Below are positions 13,571 through 24,955 of a stretch of 64,000 nucleotides of DNA, in pieces. Position 1 is the stretch's first letter; each line of letters starts with the position of its first letter. Below the pieces are notes generated by a model. The model searched no databases. It saw only the letters and a program-made list of their open reading frames with translations, and was not told the origin of the DNA. The translations under genes and the position numbers were made by a program. Origin of the DNA: Rhina ancylostomus (lineage: Eukaryota); the NCBI GenBank assembly GCA_030265395.1, contig JARFYF010000062.1, forward strand, positions 20,981,680-21,045,679. Direction: 5' to 3'.

Positions 13571-13926
13571 TGTCATAATATTGATCCGGAGCAAACTCAC
13601 AGAGAACCCAAATGCAGCACACTGATAAAAGACTGGAGTCAGGATACTTCCTCAGGACAAACACAGGCAGTAACTGGAAGGAATCTTGCCTCAGAGATCA
13701 GAAGANNNNNNNNNNNNNNNNNNNNNNNNNNNNNNNNNNNNNNNNNNNNNNNNNNNNNNNNNNNNNNNNNNNNNNNNNNNNNNNNNNNNNNNNNNNNNNN
13801 NNNNNGCTAGGCCCCTGATGGGGCTCAGGTGTGTCTCGTTATGCAATGAGTCCAGCATGGAATCCATGTGCTGGACAACAAGCCATTAAAGGAGCCAAAC
13901 TGAGGAAATAACTCAGAACCATAACA
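13571..13926 (-). mobile_element. solo LTR family A (interrupted by gap)
   Basis: Reverse-complement match to 3561-3963 on both sides of the 13706-13805 gap. Confidence 0.75.
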
Positions 13927-13952
13927 TCACCCTCACACTCTCTCATCTCCAG

Positions 13953-14387
13953 GTTGAGGGATATCGGTCTTACAGACTCTGGTGCCGAGGATCTCGCCTC
14001 CGCTACCATAACAAATAGCTCACGGAGGGACCTGGACCTTGAATCAAACTCCCTTACAGGCCGAACTGTCCCCACTCTCCGCCGCCTCATCCTGACCCTC
14101 CCGAGCCTGGACCGTATCGGCTGAGTTTGTTAATGTTTAATTAATAAAATATCAGCAGGTGTTCAGGTGTTTCTGGTGATATTTGTGTATCAATGTTCTT
14201 GAAACATGAACCCCAGCGCCTGTTATCGACACTGTTCTGTTTATTTTCCCATTTGTTCTGTAATTTGAGGCTCGAGTGGAATCAGTTCAGTCGGATTGGG
14301 AAGCAGGAATTGTGTGTCGTGCGGGTGCTGAGCGGTGCCTGTTGGTTCAGGGATGGTTCTGAAAACGGTGTATGTGCCAATGTGTGA
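13953..14387 (+). pseudogene. NLR (NACHT-LRR, NLRP3/NLRC3-like) last LRR exons: 13953-14120 and 14270-14387
   Basis: 168-bp exon LRDIGLTDSGAEDLASATITNSSRRDLDLESNSLTGRTVPTLRRLILTLPSLDRI (ribonuclease-inhibitor-type LRR); donor is CTGAGT rather than GTGAGT; terminal exon LEWNQFSRIGKQEL; no NACHT exon in window. Confidence 0.75.
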
Positions 14388-16081
14388 AAATCACCAGCCT
14401 CGGAGTGGATATTTTTCTGCCTCTTCTCACGTGACAATATATTGTCAGGTGACCCGGCTGTCTGTCCTTCCGGCGCCGCTTCCTCCGGATACGCGGGGCT
14501 GGGTGTCCCCTGTGGGTCTCCGGGAGTGGTACAGACAGGAACACTCAGTGGTCGGGTTCAGCCTAGCGCACTAATAATGGAGTTCAATGTCCCGCGGTGG
14601 GGCTCAGTCTGGGACACCAGTGAAGACATTCAGTGTCTTGGTGTGGGGCAATCAGGGTCACTAAACCTTGGCTACGTTGACGACGGTGCGGCTGGTATTT
14701 TTACTCCAGTTCCTGTTGCAGCCTGTCGATATGACGTCAGTTTGTAAAATACCTCAATAATGGTCTCTGGGTCTGCCGCGATCTCGCACGCTGTCCTGGA
14801 CTATGACTCTGTAATCAGTGGTCACGCTGACGCAGAATGATGGTGTTAAGCGGAACGCATGATTGAACCTGACAATGACTGCAGATTGTGTCTGGTTGGA
14901 TCTGAGCTGTGAACTGATTATTTTGCCCACAAAACAAAAGTCACTCTATCTACGTTACATTTCCGATGGTCAGTTCCGGACGCGCTGTTTGAAATCTAAT
15001 GATTTGAGGGGAGGATGTGCCTACGCACCGACTGCTGCAGTTTGTGTGGGTCTGGCTGCTGGAAACAGGAAGACAGACATCGTCAATGGACGTGACCTCA
15101 GCCTGTGGGGATCCGGCCTGAGGTTCCCAGCTCCGATGTTCATTCTGTCCCCGAGTGCCAGAATTCCCGGGGGAATAGTTTCTCTCCCTCTCCTCCGCCT
15201 GATCCCTCTGATATTCTGAAACCTGCATCGGATCACTCTTCACCTTTCACCATCCCAGTGATATATCCTGGATGGCAATCTCTGGACATAATGTGACCTT
15301 GGAATCCCGGGGTCATTCTGGACAATCCACTCTGCTGTCATTGAGGCTGGATTCTCAGTGTGGGGCTGTGCACTGCTCCCTGTGCTCCCGGGACAGGCAG
15401 ACCAGTGCTTTGTATCGCTGAAGCAGAGCCCCTGAGACATGGAGTGTGGGTTCCCTCTGCCTTGCTGTTTGACTTCTGTAACTGTGCAGGACCTTTCGAG
15501 AATTAATGTACACGGACATCCAAGTCACGTTAACAGCTGGAAGGAACAAGAGTTTCATCGGTTAGGGAGTGTTATCCAGGTTTGTTCCGAGGAACTCGCT
15601 GGGAGCAGTCCCAATTATATTTGAGATGATTTACAAGAGTAGGGCTCCAACCCATGAGCTGTGGGGCCACAGGAAGCAATGGGACAGTGAGGAGTGAAGG
15701 GTGGGTGTGGATGGGGGACGTGGGCTGGAAATGGAATCGGATCACGTGCAATAAGAGCTGAATGGTCTGGGAGTGAATGTCCTGCTGTCCCTCTGTAATA
15801 TGGAGGGTCTGAATCACAGGAACAAACTGCTGGAAGAACTCGACAGGACAAACAGAATCTGTACAGACAAAGAGAGGGTTGACGTTTGAGGTCGAGCTCC
15901 TGATCAGGACTGAGTGTGGAGGGAAGATGGTCGGCATGTTGAAGCTGAGCAAAGGGATGCATGTGTGAGACGGAGAATAGTNNNNNNNNNNNNNNNNNNN
16001 NNNNNNNNNNNNNNNNNNNNNNNNNNNNNNNNNNNNNNNNNNNNNNNNNNNNNNNNNNNNNNNNNNNNNNNNNNNNNNNNN

Positions 16082-17432
16082 TATAGCCCAGGAAATTATA
16101 TACCAGTGATTCTTACTTTAGTGGTTGGTAAGTTGATGGAAAAAAATCCTGAGAGGCGGATTTATGAACATTTGGAGAGATATGATATGATTAGAAATAG
16201 TCAGCATGGCTTTGTTAAGGTCAGGTACAGCCTTACGAGCCTGTTTGAATTTTTTGATGATGTGACTATACAAATTGATGAAAGAAGAGCAATTGATCTA
16301 ATGCATATGGATTTCAGCAAGGAATTTGATGAGGTACCCCATGCAAGGCTTATTAAGAAAGTAAGGACGCATGGGATCAAAGAGGGCATTTCTTTGTGGA
16401 TCCATAACTGGCTTTCCCACAGAAGGGTTGTTGACGGGTCACATTCTGCATGGAGGACCGTGACTAGTGTCGTGCCTCAGGGATCTGTTCTGGGACCCTT
16501 TCTCTTCGTGAATTTTATAAAAGACCTGGATGAAGTGGAGGGAAGAGTTAGTAACTTTGTTAATTACACAAAGTTTGGAGGTGTTATGGACAGTGTGGAG
16601 GGCTGTTAGGAGTTACAGTAGGACATCCAGTAGATAAGATGCAAAACTAGACTGAGAAGTGGCAGATGAAGTTCAAACCAGATAAGTGTGAAGTGGTTTA
16701 TTTTGGTAGGTGAAATATGATAGCAGAATATACTATTAATGTTAAGGCTCTTGGCAGTGGGGCGGATCAGAATCATCTTGGAGTCCGAGTCCATAGACGC
16801 TCAAATCAGCTGCATGGGTTGACTCTATAATTAAGAAGGCATACGGTGTATTGTCCTTCATCAATCGTGGAATTGAATTTAGGAGCTGAGAGGTAATGTT
16901 GCAGCTGTATTGGACCCTTGTCAGACCCCACTTAGAGTACTGTGCTCAGTTCTGGTTGTCTCACCACAGGAAGGATGTGGAAGACATAGAATGTGTGCAG
17001 AGGAGATTTACAAGGATGTTGCCTAGATTGGGGAGCATGCCTTATGAAAGCAGCTTGGTCTTTTCTCCTTGGAACGACGGAGGATGAGAAGTGACCTTAT
17101 AGTGTATAAGATACGAGGCATTGATCGTATGGATAGTCAGAGGTGTTTTCCCAGGGCTGAAATAGTTGCCACAAGAGGACACATGCTTAACGTGATGGGG
17201 AGTAGGTACAGAGGAGATGTCATGGGTAAATGTTTTACTCAGAGTGGTGAGTGTGTGGAATGAGCTGCCGACAACGGTGGTGGAGGCGGATACGATAGGG
17301 TCTTTCAAGAGACTTTTGAACAGGTACATGGAGCTTAGAAAAATAAAGGACTATGGGTAAGCCTAGTAATGTCTAATGTAGGGACATGTTCGGCACAACT
17401 TTGAGGGCCGAAGATCCTGTATTGTGCTCTAT
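16082..17432 (+). mobile_element. CR1 LINE, RT region and 3' UTR, degenerate
   Basis: NYIPVILTLVVGKLME, SQHGFVK, MDFSKEFDEVPH, SVVPQGSVLGP, LVRPHLEYCAQFW; CR1 tail. Confidence 0.93.
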
Positions 17433-17641
17433 GAAAGTAGGGAATCAGCGAGAAAGCAACAAACAAGCATACGGGAAGACGGGATTAGATTTTTTTCCAT
17501 TGGGCATAAGCTCGTGGAGGGTGAAAAGGTTGCATAGACCATGCAATTGTCTCCTGGTATTGGGTAAACACATTGTTAAATTCTAGGAATGCTATCTTCT
17601 ATTCTATCCTGCATTAATGAACAGATTGAAAGTATTCTTAC

Positions 17642-17956
17642 CAGAACAGGTCACTGTCACATCTTCCTTATGACTGCAGTCGTGTTCGCCCCGCGGTGTT
17701 GAGGGACATTCCCAGAGATATGATTCGTTGCCCGAACATCTAACTTCATCCAATAAAATCGGGCCAGAGTTTCGTCCACAGTAACCCGGAACTTTAACCT
17801 CCAAAGCATATCCGCAACCCAGTTGCCTGCAGACCACGTTAGCGTCAACCTGATCCCATAAATCATCACAGACCGTGCCCCAAGACCCACGGTAATAAAT
17901 CTCCAGTCGTCCAGCACATGTATCTCCACCCCCAGACAGACGTAACTGCAAGTGGC
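17642..17956 (-). CDS. single SRCR (group B, DMBT1/CD163/WC1-like) domain exon
   Basis: 315-bp open phase 1-1 exon with TTCAACAG acceptor and GTAAG donor; [45 protein letters not shown]...[18 protein letters not shown]...[14 protein letters not shown]. Confidence 0.92.
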
Positions 17957-19231
17957 CTGTTGAACAAAAATACGGCAAGTTAATCATTCCATGATAAGTT
18001 AAGCTCATCTCCCTGTTAGAGTTTATGAAGCTGCGTGTGGAATTATTTTGAAAAGCACTACATCATGATGGCATCGAAAGTCTAAATCTGCAGGTGTTAG
18101 AGATGAAAACATGTAACGGAGAAGGCTGGAATAACTCAATGTCTCAGAGAGTGTGGTTCTGCCTCTCCCATTGAAAAGGGCGGTGAATCCGTAAAATATG
18201 TATGAACACAGGTCCGTTCGATCCACCTTCATTCACTGCAGAGATACATGCACGCCGAGGACCTTCCCAGTGGGGTACGCTGCTTAAGTACCACTTTGAC
18301 CGTGCAACTGCTTCAAGACCACGCATGCTCACAGTGGCAGGAATCGCCATGCTGCTATGAAGTTGCCTCAAGCCCCCGCCGTTAGAGTGAGGACGGGCGC
18401 TCGGCTACCATGGAATTCGGTCAAAAGTGATGGCCCAGATAATGGGGGAAGCGCGCAGCATGCAACTGTGGCGCGTGGCCGAAGCTTCTGTCTGTCTGGT
18501 CGCAATGAGTTTCGAGACAGCTCATATGTGCAAAGCGATCCAAACCGGATGTTCACGAGCCCGGGTGAAATTGTTCATTGCATGCAGGCTCCTAAGTCAT
18601 CCTTAGAAGTCAGTCCCGCATAACTTGTGCCATCTCTCGGAAATTCCCTTTGTGATGTTCCACGTCGCACAGGTGCGTTTCTTAGACGGGCTCGCTCTAC
18701 ACACTTTCCAAAATTTTCCCCCGTCTACCATCTGGACATGGCGCGGTGGACCATTCTGACAAAAGGAAATGAGGAAATAGCCATTCGAGTTCCCTATACG
18801 TCGAGAAGCCTCCCCCTTTCGTCGACCTCAAAGCGGAGAACGCTGCACAAGCATTCTGATGTAAAATTTGGTTGACGGACACAAAGGACGATTACCAGCT
18901 CTCAAGATTAGAGACATCAGCTTTTCTTGGATATACTTAAGGTGAGAAGTTTCATCCCCTCCATTAGTTGGTTTGAAGGTGATGCCCCTCAAGGTTTTGT
19001 TGCAATTCAGCCCTATTCGATGTGGAGGAGGGCTGAGTTGATGTGAGGTCTACCTTGTTATTCTTCTTTTGAGCTTGGCTAAATCAGCAAGCCACAAGTC
19101 CAGGCAAGGGGCACTGATCGAGTCAACGGGATCCAAGCGTTCCTGAAAAAAGAACGTGTGATTTCCATTATCTCTGTGGATGACTTCTGTTACGGACTAG
19201 GTTACAATTAGTGAGGTTCCTTTAAGATTGG

Positions 19232-19232
<1 letters not shown>

Positions 19233-19278
<46 letters not shown>
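19233..19278. repeat. (GT)n microsatellite; (CA)n also at 42266-42290 and ~47725-47753
   Basis: Direct observation. Confidence 0.95.
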
Positions 19279-19279
<1 letters not shown>

Positions 19280-19394
19280 CGTGCTTACGTCAACNNNNNN
19301 NNNNNNNNNNNNNNNNNNNNNNNNNNNNNNNNNNNNNNNNNNNNNNNNNNNNNNNNNNNNNNNNNNNNNNNNNNNNNNNNNNNNNNNNNNNNNN

Positions 19395-19743
19395 CACATG
19401 GATTCCATGCTGAACTGATTACATAACGACACACACCTGAGCCCCATCAGGGGCCTAGCATAAGTACCTGGGCTTCTCTAGCACTAGTTGCCAGAGTATT
19501 GATCTACCTTTGGGTGTACTTTAGCTCCTAGGTGCTAGAGTGCTCTACTCTAGAGCAGTCCTGTATCCTCTATTCCTTTTGAAGGTCCAGTTTGTGTTGG
19601 GATTCCTCCTTAGATCTCAGAGGCAGGATTACTTCCAGTTGCTGCCGGTGTTTGGTCCTGAGGAGGTATCCTGACTCCAATCTTGTAACATTGTGCCTCA
19701 TTTGGGTTCTCTGTGAGCTTGCTCTCTGATCAACATTGCGTCA
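19395..19743 (+). mobile_element. solo LTR family A (5' end in gap)
   Basis: Collinear with 3561-3963, ends CAACATTGCGTCA. Confidence 0.78.
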
Positions 19744-19829
19744 TAATGACCATAACTCCTGGACCTTTACCATAGCCCTGGAGAGGTATTGCAGTTAACG
19801 ATATGGGAAATTATTTAACTAGGGGAGGG

Positions 19830-21912
19830 GGGATCATGATGGTATAAAGCAGGATCTTGGGAGCATAATCTGGGAACAGGTTTTCTTGGAAGTGCGCAGA
19901 GGAAATGTGGAGGTTGTATAAGGATTACATGCATGGGATTCTGGATAGGTTTGTCCCATTGAAGCAGTGTAAGGATGACAGAGTGAAGAAACGGTGGTTG
20001 ATAAGAGATGTGGAATATCCTGTCAGGACAAAAAACGAAACTTAACTGAGGTTTAGAAAACATGGAGCAGACAGGGCTCTGGAGAATTAAAGCTTGCCAG
20101 GAGGAGCTTAAGAATGGACTTAGCTCGAATGGGGCGTGAGAAGTCCTTTCAGTCGGATCAATGAAAACCCCAAGGTGTGTGAAGAATAGGAGGATAACCA
20201 GAGTGAGGGTTGTTCCAATAACGGACAAAAGAGGAAACATGTGCCTGGCCTCGGAGATGTAGGGGGACATCCTTGATGAATAACTTGCTTCAGTATTCAG
20301 CAGTGGGAGAGACCTTGTCGTTTGTGAGGATGGCGTCCAACTGATATGCTAGGGTATGTCGATGTGAGGAAAGAGGATATGCTGGAACTTCTGAAAAACA
20401 TTAGGAGAGATAAGTCACCGTGACCGGACGGATATATCCATGGTTATTTTAGGAAGCGAGGGAAGAGATTGCTGCGTCTTTGGCGACGAGCTTTGTTTCC
20501 TCACTTGGCACAGTGTCGTTGCACATGATTGGAGGGTTGCAAATATTTTTCCTTTGTTTAAGAAAGGGAGTGGGGTTTTCACAGGGTATTGCAGTTCAGT
20601 GGGTCTTACTTCAGTGCTGAGCAAATTACTGGAGATTCTTAGAGACTGGATTTACGGGCATTTGCAGAAGCATAGGTTGTTTCGGGACAGTCGGCATGGC
20701 TTTCTAAGGGGCAGGTCATGCCTCACAAGCCGGATTGAATTCTTTGAGGCTGTGACAAAGCACATTGATGAAGATAGAGCAGTGGATGAGGTGTACATGG
20801 GTTTCGTAAGGCGCTTGATAAGGTTCGGCTTATTCAGAGAGTCAGCAGGCGTGAGATCCATTTTAACCTGGCAGTGTGGATTCAGAATTCAGTCGCCCAT
20901 TGAAGGCAGAGTGTGGGGGTAGCAGTAGAGTATTCTGCCTCGAGGTCGGTCACCATTTGTGTACTGCAAATCTGTTCTGGGACCCTTGTTCTTCATGATT
21001 TTTATAAATGACCTGGAAGATGCAGAAGGGTTGGGATGGAAGTTTGCTTATGATAGAAAGGTTGATGGTGTGGATAGTGTGGAAGGTTGCCGTAGATTTC
21101 AATATTGTTAAAATGCAGACCTGGGCAAAGAAGAGGCAGATGGAGTTGAACATGGATAAGTGTGAAATTATACACTTCGGGAGGTAGAATTTGAATACCG
21201 AATATAAGGTGAATGGCAGGACTCTTAGCAGTGTGGAGGAACAGATGGATCACGGTGTCCAGGTCCATAGATCCTTCAAGGTTGCCACACCTGTCGATAG
21301 GATTGTTCAGAAGGCATATGGTGTGATGGGATTTATTAGTCGGGGTACTGAGCTGAAGATCTGCGAGGTGATGTTGCATCCCTATAAAACTCTGATCAGA
21401 CCAGAGTTGGAGTTTTGTTTTGTTCTGGTTGTCTATTTACAGGAAGGATGTGGAAGCTTCAGAGAATGCAGAGGAGATTTACCAGGATGTTGTCTGGATT
21501 GGAGAGCATGTCTTATAAGGATAGTTTGATGAGTTTTGGCTTTTCTCTTTGGAGAGAAGGAGGATGAGAGGTGACTTGATAGAGGTGTACACGATGTCAA
21601 GAGGCACAGATCGAGTGGACAGTAAGAGACATTTTTCCCAGGGGTCAAAGGCTAATATGAGGGGATGTAATTTTAAGGTGACTATAGGAAGTTGCAAGGG
21701 AACGCCAGGGGTAAGTTTGATTAGTGGTGGGTGAATGGAATGCACTACCAACAGGAGTTGTGGGGGAGATGCATCACGGACATTTCAGAGACTTAGATAG
21801 ACAGATGAATGCTGGAGAATTAGGGGGCAATGTGAGAGAGAAGGGTAGGATAGATCTAAGACCAGGGTAAAATGTCAGCACAACATTGTGGGCCGAAGTT
21901 GCTGTACTGTGC
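19830..21912 (+). mobile_element. CR1 LINE ORF2 remnant with 3' UTR
   Basis: DWRVANIFPLFKKG, LTSVLSKLLE, RHGFLRGRSCLT, LIRPELEFC, ERRRMRGDLIEVY; tail CACAACATTGTGGGCCGAAG. Confidence 0.92.
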
Positions 21913-24289
21913 TACAATTCATTACCCAGAACCACAATGTCCTGGTAACTGCAGCTATAAAGCCATTTTACAAATATTCCCGTCCTTTTGTCCAGACGTC
22001 CCTTATTGCTCTGCCACTGAAAAATAACTTTCTTCTCTTTTCTATTTCTGAAATGGCAAAACAGACCTGAAATATTGTCTGTTTCTGTTTCTATGGGTGA
22101 CGCTTGACATCTTGAGCTTCCCCAGGACTTGCTGTTTTTTACTGAGGTTTTCCAAATTATGATGTATTTGCATTTTTATTACATTCCTGATCACTAAGCA
22201 AAGGAGCAGAGTCTGGGTGAGACGTTGCAAAAAATCATTTCAGAGCCCTGCAGTAAATATGATTTTACAATACCATGCTTTCATGAGATCCAATGAAGGA
22301 CTAGCAATATTGATTACCAAACTGAGATTACATATCACTTAGCGTACATAGCAAATGGTGTCATTTCCGATGGACTTCTGTGTTCTTCACTCCAGGTGGC
22401 AGAGGTCACATATTTGAAAATCCATGTCCATTCATTCCCAGCGAAGTGCAGTGATGCATCTCATGAACTTTGTACACTATAGTCACACAGCGCAGATCTG
22501 AGGTTTTTTTTGGTGGCAGTGCTAAGACTTGGGTGGGGACTCATTTAAAATGGTGGTTGTGTTGCTGTTCCGTGTGACATTTACATTTGATTTTTGAGTA
22601 TAATACTAAAAGTACTCTGTGAAAACATTGAAGAGTAGCCCATCGCATTCTTTGCAGCTGGTAGAACTGTTTTGTTATTTCGACTACGGATGACATGCTT
22701 GAGAATACACTGTCTCTGTTCCGCTCTTGTATCTACGGTGTTTATGTGAATGGATCAGACAACGTTCAAGGTAATGGTTGATATTACAAAATTGAATGAT
22801 ACTGTAGTTCATGCCAAGGGAAAGACAGGGAGACTGAGCTGCATTTCAACAATTTCTTTGAGTATGTGTGAAATGGAAATAACCTCTTCACTGTGAGCAA
22901 AACATCAAAGTTATCCCCTCTCTCACTGCATAAGGGTCATAGCTGCTTCAATATTTGAGGAACTATGTATACATTGCACCAACAGCAGTGAAAATTTCCA
23001 GCTCATAATGAATTGTTCACACATGCGCTCTTGAAATAATTAAATATTCCAAATATCTAAATTTGTGAATCATGTGATTGTGTAGTCCTCAGTGTTTACA
23101 GAACTCTGATCAAAGTGAGTTAATATTTACAGGACAGACCCACATTGTCATTCCAGGTCTGTTTGCAGGAAGCACACCTGAATGATTTGGTTAATCCACG
23201 AAATCACCGCAATTTCATTGAGATTCACTTCTGGCACTTAGCAGTGGATAGTGTGTCAACTCAAAACATTAACATCCATGTTGTATCGCAGTTTCTCATG
23301 CGTTTGAACATGAATGGATGGTTTTGGAGATATGATGCCAAACTATTTAAGACCATATATTAATAATTATTACACGAAATGGATATTTCACTGCAGGCAT
23401 CAACTTATCCCTAAATTCAGTACAAATTACTGCAGGAACACAATTGTTTCTTCATCTCAGAAGCAGGAGCATGAATCACATTGTCATGATAAACCAATTA
23501 TATCCCAAACAACACAAATGTTGCCACACAGTTCAACATGAACACNNNNNNNNNNNNNNNNNNNNNNNNNNNNNNNNNNNNNNNNNNNNNNNNNNNNNNN
23601 NNNNNNNNNNNNNNNNNNNNNNNNNNNNNNNNNNNNNNNNNNNNNGCTTCAGAAATAAGGCCCTGTGGAAAAATGTATCAGAATCCTCCACATAATGTGC
23701 AAAAACTAATTATATCCAAGCTGGGAACCTCCAGAGCTGTTCTTCAAATCACTTCACTTGACTTAAGATTTAGGAATACAGCCAAACTTCAACTCCTGAT
23801 GCTATTGCAAACCACACAAAGCACTTGTGATTCCTGGATGGATTCCAGCATTGAATAAACATTTGCCTCATGTCAATATTCCATTGTGTGTTTAGATAGA
23901 CTGTGAAAGAACTCTAAATTTATTGCTGGAGTCATGTACTTTACTTTGGCTTGAATAGATCAACTGTGATTTCATGTAATGTAGACTCATTTTCTTTCCC
24001 TGAACTAGCAATAGCTTTCATCAACATTTTTGGCTTCTATCTCCAAAGCATTTCTAGAATCCTCTGAGTAATATAAGCATCTGGTTTCACATGGTTTCCA
24101 GCTTCTACCCTGAACACAAATTATAATGATAGTGTTAGGGATGGTCTCATTGTCATTGTTAATTCTGATTCCCAGTAATAACCTAATTTATCCTTTTTTA
24201 AAAAACTATGTCCATTAGCTGCAGCCACATTTCATGTCTCACCCAATTTCTGGGGAATGTAACCTTGACTGGTTTTTCAGGAAATGCTA

Positions 24290-24592
24290 GACTGCCAGAA
24301 GCAAAGTCTTTCTGATGAAGTGTCAAAGTGAAGTCCTTTGTCCCGCTCAAGTGTGGAAAAAAATCCCATGGCACTAACTGAAGAGAGGGCAGCAGAGTTT
24401 TGGCCAGTAAAAATCCTTGATTCAATACAACTAAGGTGATCTGGTTAGTTGACACAGTTTTGTTTGTACATCCTTGTTTTATAATTAGCTTTATATTCCC
24501 TATGTTATTCTAGCAGACACACTCCACAAGCCCAACAATGGCTGTGAAGTGTTTTGAAATGTCCTCTGGTTGTGAAAAGCATTATATAAAGG
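24290..24592 (+). mobile_element. ancient Deu-domain SINE (AmnSINE1/SacSINE1-like)
   Basis: ATCCCATGGCACTA..GAAGAG core and 3' GGCTGTGAAGTGTTTTGAAATGTCC...GTGAAAAGCATTATATAAA. Confidence 0.55.
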
Positions 24593-24604
24593 TAGCATAT
24601 TATG

Positions 24605-24955
24605 GAATGGTGGTGTAGTAACTCAGTTTCTGAGCTAATGGCCAGAGTTGTGGCCTATTAATTCAAACATGAGTTTGAATCCCATTATGGGAGCTAGGGA
24701 ATTTAAATTTGAGTACTTATATAAGCCAAAATATTACATGAAAGCTAGTCCAACAAAGGGCAACCATGAAACTACCAGGCTGACCTAAAAAACAATCTGG
24801 TTTATGAATGTCTTGCAGGGAAGAAAATCTGTCATCTATATAGAATTGGCCTACATGTGATGCTGGCTCTACCAAGGTGATTAACAAGGAACTGCCTTCA
24901 CAGTCCAGGGGCAATTAAAGATGGAGAATAATTGCTAGTGACATACACCCCAATG
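24605..24955 (+). mobile_element. old chondrichthyan SINE-like repeat
   Basis: tRNA-like head (GAGTTTGAATCCC), then TCTGGTTTATGAATGTC..AGGGAAGAAAATCTG..TGGCCTACATGTGA..GGGCAATTAAAGATGG. Confidence 0.5.

Noticed and set aside
18144-18890. CpG-rich tract upstream of the SRCR exon, considered as additional SRCR exons
   Set aside because: No SRCR Cys/Trp pattern found in the frames I read; left unassigned
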